A stretch of DNA of 42,900 bases, from contig CAYTSY010000008.1 of the NCBI GenBank assembly GCA_964440555.1, positions 1 through 42,900 on the forward strand, in the 5' to 3' direction. Positions 34,393 to 41,423 of the stretch are shown here, in pieces. Made by a program: the position numbers and the translations under genes. Position 1 is the stretch's first letter. Every line of letters starts with the position of its first letter. Origin of the DNA: an uncultured Desulfobacteraceae bacterium. GTDB lineage: Bacteria > Desulfobacterota > Desulfobacteria > Desulfobacterales > UBA5616. The notes beneath the pieces were generated by a model. It saw nothing but the letters and a program-made list of their open reading frames with translations, was not told where the DNA came from and made no database searches.

Positions 34393-35589
34393 TTAAAAAA
34401 TTACAAATTTTTCCGTTTTTTCATTCCAGATCGCGATAAACACCCATGCCAGCAGAAATATGAAAAATAGCGGAAGCGCGACAGACCATGAAAACACGCT
34501 GATCAGAGAAACGCCTTTGCCCAGTTTTTCATCGAGGTTCAAAACCGTCAACAACCGGGCCGCCGATGAATTGGCAAGGGCAAAGGCCACCAGCGTAGAA
34601 ACCAGTTTAAGGTGTCCTTCACCGATCCGCCACAGCGTGCTGGAGCCACATCCGCCGGCCAGGAGCATGCCGAATCCGAAAATCAGTCCTCCGGTCATGC
34701 TTCCGAGCCAGAACGGATGGTAGATCCCCATGGTTTCCGGCTGAATATAGCTCCACTTGATGACTGCCGAACCTGCTCCGTAAATCATCAGGCTCATGGC
34801 CACGACCCGCACCATTTCCGCGTCTCCGGTCATAAACGGGCAGCGGAAGGCCCTTACAAAGCAAAAGCGTGACCGGTGCATGGTCAGGCCGATCAAAAAA
34901 CCGAAGAACAACAGTCCGCCGATCTGGGTTTTATCCATCCATGAATAGAGATAGAAAATGGCCAGGGCTGCAGCAAAAACCGATCCGCCGACCCAGGGTT
35001 GAACCTTTGCCCAGTTTATGCGTGCCTCACGGGCCGTTTCCCGGGGAGGATCAACCGTTATTTTGGGTGGGAATCGATCCATTTCCCACAACAAGTATCG
35101 AAGACCGAGCCATGCGCCCGCGCCAAGGCCCAGCATCATGGCATATCCTCCCATGGAAAATACGCCGATAGCGGTGTAAAACCCGCCGACATTGCAGCCG
35201 CCGGCCAGGGCCGCCCCCGTCCCCATGAAAATGCCGCCGGCAATGCCTTTGGCATATTCAATCGGGGGCGACTTCCGGACTTTAAATTGTCTCCCCATCA
35301 ACGCGGAAGCCAGGGCGCCGAGCAACAAACCGGTATTGGAAACCGACATGGTATGAATCCACGGCGCATCAGGCTGTTTTTCAATGATTCCTGCAAAGTA
35401 AAACATCCAGTCTCCCCAGTTGCGATATCCCCCGACGATTCCCCAGGGACTTTGCCATAGAAAAAGGAGCAACGCCAATACCGCGATAAAGATGCCCGCC
35501 AGCCATGTGGGCCAGTCCCTTTCAAAAACAGCAATGTAATTTTTTCTGGCCTCGTCTTTTACGGTTGCCCAAAAACTTTCCGCTTCCAC
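34393..35589 (-). CDS. YeeE/YedE-family sulfur-compound (thiosulfate) transporter
   Basis: Polytopic membrane protein with the three conserved Cys-containing re-entrant motifs (LAGGCNVGGF, RSRFCFVRAF, LAGGCGSSTLW). The GTG at 35589 is preceded by AAGGAAAAG and is preferred. The ORF-track TTG at 35652 translates the repeat. Confidence 0.85.
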   Translation of the reverse strand: MEAESFWATVKDEARKNYIAVFERDWPTWLAGIFIAVLALLLFLWQSPWGIVGGYRNWGDWMFYFAGIIEKQPDAPWIHTMSVSNTGLLLGALASALMGRQFKVRKSPPIEYAKGIAGGIFMGTGAALAGGCNVGGFYTAIGVFSMGGYAMMLGLGAGAWLGLRYLLWEMDRFPPKITVDPPRETAREARINWAKVQPWVGGSVFAAALAIFYLYSWMDKTQIGGLLFFGFLIGLTMHRSRFCFVRAFRCPFMTGDAEMVRVVAMSLMIYGAGSAVIKWSYIQPETMGIYHPFWLGSMTGGLIFGFGMLLAGGCGSSTLWRIGEGHLKLVSTLVAFALANSSAARLLTVLNLDEKLGKGVSLISVFSWSVALPLFFIFLLAWVFIAIWNEKTEKFVIF

Positions 35590-35602
35590 AGTCTTTTCCT
35601 TT

Positions 35603-35665
35603 AGCTTAAAGTTACAAGCTACAAGCTGAAAGCCAAAAGCTTGTATTTTCAACTTTCAACTTTCT
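35603..35665. repeat. Nine-unit heptamer array AGCTTAA AGTTACA AGCTACA AGCTGAA AGCCAAA AGCTTGT ATTTTCA ACTTTCA ACTTTCT
   Basis: Read directly. It contains the 7-bp stem ACAAGCT (35621-35627) / AGCTTGT (35638-35644). It lies between the porin stop and the yeeE start, inside the operon. Confidence 0.85.
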
Positions 35666-35668
35666 TCA

Positions 35669-37405
35669 TCAATACCTGAATGTCGCGGAAATATACCCGT
35701 CCCAGACATCGTCGACAATGGGATTGAGCCCGTCAAAAGACGTTGCGTCCGAAATTTTGACCGGTTGTCCCAGAGGGTTGCCGCTGCCGGTATAGGCATA
35801 GTCGTAGACCCTCCCACCCAGGGTTATGAAAAAGACGTTGCTGAAAACCGGTTGAATGTAGTAGGCTTCATAAACGCTGCCCCGAACCGCCAGTTTGCTT
35901 CCCACCAGCGAATCTTCCGCTCCGGTGAAATTGAACCAGTACTTGGAACCCCAGTTATACTCAAGACCGAGTCTGGCCGCGTACGGCATGGGGAACAGGG
36001 CGCCCGCGTAAATGCCGTAACCGTCTCTTTCCTTTAACTGGCCGTTGGAGCTCAACAGACCGACGCCCATGATTTCATAAAATGGGTTTCTGGAAATCTG
36101 GGAGGGATCCGTACGGGTATAGGAAGCAGCGAAGAACAGATCAATATCCGCCAGCCGCTCGGCAAGATTGGTGGTTAAAAGCAGAGACGCGGCGTCCCAG
36201 TCGCCGATGTTGGTCATAGGTTCCATACGGGTGATGAATGCACCGCTGTTTTGCTCAAAGTAGTATTCGTTGATGCCGTCCCCGGTCATGTCCATCCGGG
36301 AGACGATAAACGGCATGACGGTTAAGCCCGTAAATCCATCGGTGATGTCCCAGGCATGGGCATAATTAAACACCGCGCTGGTCGTATCGTTGTCAAAGAG
36401 CGTGGCGATGAAGCCGAACATATGGACATCATCGACCTCGGGCTGGGTGGAACTTAAAGAGGAACTGTTGCCCCAGTCACCCTCAAATCCTACGCCGTAG
36501 CAGAGTTTAAAATCTGCGCCCGGAATGCCGGTAACCTCTTCCAATCCAAAGTTCAGTGAAGCCCCGTCAAATTGCCAGTTGATAATCGTGCCCAGCGGAG
36601 AACCGCCTTCAAGGCTGTAGCTTGCGTATTCCAGCGGCGGCCCATCGGTTGACGGCCGTCTCCCCAGACTGAAGTTGACGGGAACAGACCCCATTTCGTC
36701 CTTGTAATTGAAATATGCCCGTTCCAGGCGAAGGGTGTCTCCATGGGGGAGGCTTGATGAGTTGCCGTCAAAGGTTACATCGCCTAAACTCCCCTGATTG
36801 AATTTAACGCCGGTGCTGTCCCCGAAAACTTTATACGCGGCAAGCCGTCCGCCGAAGCTCAATTGATCGTTATATTTGGAGTTGAAGTTCAAGCGGAATT
36901 TATTGGTGTAAATAATGTCGTTGTCCACATCGGTTTTCATGGGCGGGGGAACCATGCCCGCACCGGCCATGGCCGCCATGCCACCCTGAATCTGGGCAAG
37001 GGTCGCGCCGTTGAATCCTCCAGCCGGCGGGGGGGAAGGGTTAAAAGGCGTAAAAAAACCGCCGATGAGCGCAGACGGCGCACTGACGATATCCTGGTAA
37101 TGAATGCTGTCCGCCCTGGATCGGAGTTCAACGCCCAGCGCCAGTTTGTCGGTGGCAGTGTGAATTTCCGCTTTGTTGAGTCTTTCGTCTATTTCAGCGA
37201 TGTCGGACTCTTTTTTGGCGTCGGCCGTTTCCATGGTTTCGATTTTTTGTTGCAGGGTTGTAAGATTGTCCTGCATGGTTTTGAGTTGCTCTTTGAGGGC
37301 GTTTACATCATCAGCAGCGGCAACGGTTTGTGAAAACAACAAAAGCGAAAAACATATCGCCGCCGGCCATACGCCCCGGATCATTTTACCGGTTTTTTTC
37401 ATCAT
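35669..37405 (-). CDS. Outer-membrane beta-barrel protein with N-terminal coiled coil (DUF3373-like putative porin)
   Basis: ATG-ATG at 37405 is preceded by AAAGGAGGAG. Signal peptide ...LLLFSQTVAAADD, then a heptad-rich segment LKEQLKTMQDNLTTLQQKIETME. The long beta-rich region has alternating aromatic/Gly residues and a terminal ...SATFRY. Confidence 0.65.
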   Translation of the reverse strand: MMKKTGKMIRGVWPAAICFSLLLFSQTVAAADDVNALKEQLKTMQDNLTTLQQKIETMETADAKKESDIAEIDERLNKAEIHTATDKLALGVELRSRADSIHYQDIVSAPSALIGGFFTPFNPSPPPAGGFNGATLAQIQGGMAAMAGAGMVPPPMKTDVDNDIIYTNKFRLNFNSKYNDQLSFGGRLAAYKVFGDSTGVKFNQGSLGDVTFDGNSSSLPHGDTLRLERAYFNYKDEMGSVPVNFSLGRRPSTDGPPLEYASYSLEGGSPLGTIINWQFDGASLNFGLEEVTGIPGADFKLCYGVGFEGDWGNSSSLSSTQPEVDDVHMFGFIATLFDNDTTSAVFNYAHAWDITDGFTGLTVMPFIVSRMDMTGDGINEYYFEQNSGAFITRMEPMTNIGDWDAASLLLTTNLAERLADIDLFFAASYTRTDPSQISRNPFYEIMGVGLLSSNGQLKERDGYGIYAGALFPMPYAARLGLEYNWGSKYWFNFTGAEDSLVGSKLAVRGSVYEAYYIQPVFSNVFFITLGGRVYDYAYTGSGNPLGQPVKISDATSFDGLNPIVDDVWDGYISATFRY

Positions 37406-37454
37406 CTGCTCCTCCTTTGAGTATGATTTTTTTATTTGTTTGCGCATATGATAA

Positions 37455-37469
37455 TCAATAATTGTGCCA
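37455..37469 (-). promoter_or_regulatory. Candidate sigma54 (-24/-12) promoter for the porin-yeeE-tusA... operon
   Basis: The minus strand reads TGGCACAATTATTGA. This has exact consensus spacing (TGGCAC-N5-TTGC) with TTGA in place of TTGC. It lies about 50 nt upstream of the ATG at 37405. Confidence 0.5.
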
Positions 37470-37575
37470 TGAGATCCAGCGCAATTGAAAATCTGATATA
37501 ACCATCTGAAAATGAAATAAAAATATGTGCAACAGGTTTGCAGAAAACGCTCTTGAAAAATTTGCCGGTCGTGGT

Positions 37576-37627
37576 AATGTTAACAAATGTTAATTATCAA
37601 CATTAACATGTTAACCGTGGCATTAAC
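37576..37627. promoter_or_regulatory. Cluster of GTTAAC/GTTAAT/ATTAAC dyads (candidate enhancer/UAS sites)
   Basis: The region reads AATGTTAACAAATGTTAATTATCAACATTAACATGTTAACCGTGGCATTAAC. It contains a perfect 8-bp inverted repeat ATGTTAAT-N7-ATTAACAT (37587-37609), plus ATGTTAAC at 37577 and 37608. It is centred about 135 bp upstream of the -24/-12 element and abuts the regulator's RBS. Confidence 0.4.
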
Positions 37628-37638
37628 AGGAGGTGCCC

Positions 37639-39042
37639 ATGGAAATCGCCGCTTATTGGAAGACCATAGCGGATACGCTGCAGGACGGGCTGTTGGTGAT
37701 TGACCCGGAAGGAAACATCCGGGCGGCCAATCAGGCAGCTTCGCGGATCACCGGTTATTCAAAAGAGGAACTCGTCGGCAAGTCCTGCCGCATTCTCAAT
37801 TGCACCGGCTGCAACATCATCGGCAAAGGCCCGGGTGAAAACTGGTGCGGTCTTTTTTCAAAAGGGGAGGTAAGGGAAAAAAAGTGCCTGATCACCAACC
37901 TGGATCGCCGGGCTGTTCATATCCTCAAATCGGCCAAGGTGTTGCGCGATGATGACGGCCGGATAGTCGGCGCCGTGGAAAATCTTACCGATATCACCGA
38001 TAAAGTCAGACAACAGCAGGAGTTGACCCGCCTGCGGCAGACCTTTCACCTGGATGACGGCTATTGCGGGATATTAGGCAAATCCCCGGTCATGCAAAAC
38101 CTGTTTGCGCTCATCGAAAACGTTTCCCAATCCGATGCACCGGTCATCATTTCGGGTCAGAGCGGAACCGGAAAAGAATTGGCGGCCCGCGCTATACATG
38201 AAACCGGTCCCCGTAAGAAGAAACCCTTCATCAAGGTCAATTGCGCAGCCTTGAACGAAAATGTCCTGGAAAGTGAACTCTTCGGCCATGTCCGGGGAGC
38301 ATATACCGGTGCTGACAGGACGCGGATCGGCAGGTTTGAAGCGGCTCACGAAGGGACTATTTTTTTAGATGAAATCGGAGACTTGCCGTTATCCATCCAG
38401 GTTAAGCTGCTGCGTGTTTTAGAAGAAAAGAAGATCGAGCGCGTGGGGGATCACCGACCGATCTCCGTGGACGTCAGAATCATCACCGCCACACATAAAA
38501 ACCTGGAGTCTCTGATCGAAAAACAACTGTTTCGGGAAGATCTGTTTTTTCGGATCAATGTATTTCCCCTGCATTGTCCTTCCCTGGTTGATCGCATCGA
38601 AGATATCCCCATCATTGCACAACACTTTATCCACCAAAGCGCCGCAAAAACAGGGAAAAAGATCCTCGGTCTGACGCCGGAAGCCATGGAAAAACTGATG
38701 GCCTATCCCTGGCCCGGCAATATCCGCGAACTTAGAAATACCATTGAGTATGCTTTTGTCCTCTGTCCCAGCGGAGGCATTGATGTGCGGCATTTGCCGC
38801 CCAACGTGGCAAGAGGCCAAATACTTGACCGTAAAGGACCAAGCGGCGTGCAACGTTTTGGCGATGCGCAGAGGGATCGTATCGTTGATGCGCTCAACCG
38901 GGCCGGCCAAAGCCGGACCGATGCCGCCCGGCTCCTGGGTATAAGCCGTGTAACATTATGGAAGCAAATGAAAAAATATAACATCACCCCTGAGGCAGAC
39001 AGCCAGGGAATCCAAAAGCCAACGCTGGTCGATGAATCGTGA
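37639..39042 (+). CDS. Sigma54-dependent transcriptional activator with N-terminal Cys-rich PAS domain
   Basis: PAS region (LLVIDPEGNIRAANQAASRITGYSKEELVGKSC). AAA+ domain with Walker A GQSGTGKE, ESELFGHVRGAYTGA (GAFTGA-type loop) and LDEIGD. C-terminal Fis-type HTH AARLLGISRVTLWKQMKKY. The ATG at 37639 is preceded by AGGAGG. Confidence 0.9.
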   Translation: MEIAAYWKTIADTLQDGLLVIDPEGNIRAANQAASRITGYSKEELVGKSCRILNCTGCNIIGKGPGENWCGLFSKGEVREKKCLITNLDRRAVHILKSAKVLRDDDGRIVGAVENLTDITDKVRQQQELTRLRQTFHLDDGYCGILGKSPVMQNLFALIENVSQSDAPVIISGQSGTGKELAARAIHETGPRKKKPFIKVNCAALNENVLESELFGHVRGAYTGADRTRIGRFEAAHEGTIFLDEIGDLPLSIQVKLLRVLEEKKIERVGDHRPISVDVRIITATHKNLESLIEKQLFREDLFFRINVFPLHCPSLVDRIEDIPIIAQHFIHQSAAKTGKKILGLTPEAMEKLMAYPWPGNIRELRNTIEYAFVLCPSGGIDVRHLPPNVARGQILDRKGPSGVQRFGDAQRDRIVDALNRAGQSRTDAARLLGISRVTLWKQMKKYNITPEADSQGIQKPTLVDES

Positions 39043-39053
39043 ATCGTGGCGGG
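39031..39053. repeat. Short heptamer array GATGAAT CGTGAAT CGTGGCG
   Basis: Uses the same unit type as 20294-20320 and spans the stop codon of the sigma54 activator. Confidence 0.7.
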
Positions 39054-39103
39054 AAAATGCCAAAAGTATATTTTTATTATGTATGGTGGGGAGACAATGA
39101 AAC

Positions 39104-39736
39104 ATGAACAGGTCTGAGGTACAAATGGTGGGAGAGCGGTTTCGATATGCCGACCAACTGCCGTCGCCGCTTTGGGACGACCTTCAGGCACGTCCTGCGC
39201 AAGAGGCGGCAATTGCTTCAGGAGCGGTGCTGCAAAGCGGGGAGTTCAGGATTCCTCTGGTGGGAGTGACCTATCTGGTGGATCCAAAATCGCGACGGAT
39301 CACGCGGGAGGATGAAAAGGAACACCGGGTCAGCTTCCAGACGGGCGTGGTTTTGCTGACCGCCCTGGCTAAATCCGTGGGGGTACCCCCCAGCGGGCGG
39401 ATGGTGACGCCGCAGGAACTGAAGGGCGGCTCTCTTTTCTTTACCGGCGCGCACAGTCTTGCCGTCAAACCCCTTGCAAAACGGTTTGGCTATGATCCCG
39501 GCGCGTTGATTGCTTCGGCGCAAAAAATCGGCGGCAAAACCATTTCCGGGGCCGATTGCGCCGTCTGTATTCCCGGGTTGCCCTTGCTGCCGCTTTATGT
39601 GTTCCTGTGGCAGGCGGACGACGAGTTCGAGGCCCGCGCCGTTATCGGCATTGACGACCGGGCATTGTTCCATTTGGACTTGGCCGGCGTATTTGCTTTA
39701 ACCAATATTATGGCAAGCCGTTTGATCGGGCAATAA
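39104..39736 (+). CDS. DUF3786-like protein
   Basis: The pattern ...YLVDP...VLLTALA...ELKGGSLFF...PLAKRFG...GADCAVCIPGLPLLPLYVFLWQADDEFEARAVIGIDD... matches my recollection of DUF3786. Not verified. Confidence 0.5.
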   Translation: MNRSEVQMVGERFRYADQLPSPLWDDLQARPAQEAAIASGAVLQSGEFRIPLVGVTYLVDPKSRRITREDEKEHRVSFQTGVVLLTALAKSVGVPPSGRMVTPQELKGGSLFFTGAHSLAVKPLAKRFGYDPGALIASAQKIGGKTISGADCAVCIPGLPLLPLYVFLWQADDEFEARAVIGIDDRALFHLDLAGVFALTNIMASRLIGQ

Positions 39737-39860
39737 ACGATAAAAGTGCGGCAAAAGGTTTACATCGCATGAAAAATGTGGCAAATATTTTCCAATCAGC
39801 CTTTGTCCCCGTTAGTCATTCGAATGAATTGAGAAAGCATAAACATGAGGTGTGGCGCAA

Positions 39861-40955
39861 ATGAGTAAAATAAAGATCGCTGTTGCCGGAGTGGGTAACT
39901 GTCCAAGCGCATTGATACAGGGAATTTATTACTACAGGGACAAAAGGCCGGAGGATGCCGTCGGCCTCATGCACTGGCAGATAGGCGGTTACACGCCGGG
40001 TGATATCGAAGTGGTTGCGGCCTTTGACATCGACAGACGGAAAGTGGGAGAAGATGTCAACAAAGCAATTTTTTCCGAACCGAATTGTACAACCATTTTT
40101 TACCCGGATTTGCCGGAGTCCGGCGTCAGGGTCCGTATGGGTAAAATCCTGGATGGTTTTTCAGAGCACATGAAAGACTACGAGGGGAAATACACGTTTA
40201 TTTTGTCCGATGAACCTGAACCCGAATCAGGTGCGGTAGTGAAAACGTTAAAGGATACCGGAGCGGAAATCCTGCTCAATTATCTGCCGGTCGGGTCGGA
40301 AGATGCCACACGATTTTACGCCCAATGCGCCCTTGACGCCGGTGTTGGGTTTATTAATAATATCCCGGTGTTTATCGCCAGCGATCAAAGCTGGGCCGGA
40401 CGTTTCAAAGAAAAAAATATTCCCCTGATCGGAGATGATATCAAGTCCCAGCTTGGAGCCACCATCACCCATCGGACCCTGACCGATCTCTTTAAAAAGC
40501 GGGGGGTGAAACTGGAGCGCACCTATCAATTGAATACCGGTGGAAACACGGATTTCCTCAATATGCTCAACCAGCATCGCCTGATATCCAAAAAAATATC
40601 GAAGACCGAGGCCGTCCAGGCGGTGACGCAAAAGCGGCTGGACAATGAAAATATTCATATCGGGCCCTCTGACTATGTCCCCTGGCAAAAAGACAATAAA
40701 GTCTGCTTTATCCGGATGGAGGGAAAATTGTTCGGGGATGTGCCCATGGAACTGGAACTTCGTCTTTCGGTGGAAGATTCTCCCAATTCCGCCGGCGTTG
40801 CCATAGACAGCATCCGGTGTGCGAAACTGGCGATTGAAAACGGCGAGGGTGGCGCGCTTATCGAGCCATCCGCCTATTTTTGTAAACACCCCCCCCGGCA
40901 ATTCACCGACGATGAGGCCTATCACATGATCGAGGCGTACATTTCCAAATACTAA
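39861..40955 (+). CDS. Inositol-3-phosphate synthase (short archaeal/bacterial type)
   Basis: IKIAVAGVGNCPSALIQG (NAD-binding N-terminus), IGDDIKSQLGATI, QLNTGGNTDFLNM and SPNSAGVAID motifs. About 365 aa. Confidence 0.85.
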   Translation: MSKIKIAVAGVGNCPSALIQGIYYYRDKRPEDAVGLMHWQIGGYTPGDIEVVAAFDIDRRKVGEDVNKAIFSEPNCTTIFYPDLPESGVRVRMGKILDGFSEHMKDYEGKYTFILSDEPEPESGAVVKTLKDTGAEILLNYLPVGSEDATRFYAQCALDAGVGFINNIPVFIASDQSWAGRFKEKNIPLIGDDIKSQLGATITHRTLTDLFKKRGVKLERTYQLNTGGNTDFLNMLNQHRLISKKISKTEAVQAVTQKRLDNENIHIGPSDYVPWQKDNKVCFIRMEGKLFGDVPMELELRLSVEDSPNSAGVAIDSIRCAKLAIENGEGGALIEPSAYFCKHPPRQFTDDEAYHMIEAYISKY

Positions 40956-40966
40956 GGACTGAAAAG

Positions 40967-41284
40967 ATGCCCATTTATGAATACGAGCATATCGACGGGG
41001 CGCCGTGCTCATCCGGGAAACGGTTTGAAATCATGCAGCCTATGTCGGATGCCCCCCTGGTCCGATGCCCGCAATGCCAGGGGAAGATCCGCAAACTATT
41101 GTCTTGCATTCATATCAGTACCCCGAAGACAAACAGCGAATTAAAAGACCTGGGGTTTACAAAACTGGTCCGGCGGGATGACGGCGTCTATGAAAATGTT
41201 ACGGCAAGGGGCAAGGACAGGCGGATGGTAATCCGGGACAAGCCGGAAACGCTGCCCGATTTGAGATCGACCATCAGGGAATGA
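40967..41284 (+). CDS. FmdB-family zinc-ribbon protein
   Basis: MPIYEYEH...C...FEIMQPMSD..LVRCPQCQGKIRKL has the FmdB/CxxC_CxxC_SSSS layout, with a longer C-terminal tail than usual. Confidence 0.7.
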   Translation: MPIYEYEHIDGAPCSSGKRFEIMQPMSDAPLVRCPQCQGKIRKLLSCIHISTPKTNSELKDLGFTKLVRRDDGVYENVTARGKDRRMVIRDKPETLPDLRSTIRE

Positions 41285-41290
41285 TAAAGA

Positions 41291-41406
41291 CGGAAGTCAG
41301 GTGCCAGATGTCGGAAGTCGGAACTTTGGATTTTTTAGGTTAAAAGATTTTTTCCTTTATTCTGACTTCTGCCTTCTGACTTCTGGATCCCGGGTCTTCT
41401 GTCAGC
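41291..41406. repeat. Heptamer-periodic inverted arms (GGAAGTCAGG.../...TCTGACTTCTGCCTTCTGACTTCTGG)
   Basis: GAAGTCAG (41293-41300) is complementary to CTGACTTC at 41362-41369 and 41376-41383. The right-arm units are TCTGACT TCTGCCT TCTGACT TCTGGAT. Confidence 0.8.
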
Positions 41407-41423
41407 AGGAGAAAAATCAGATC

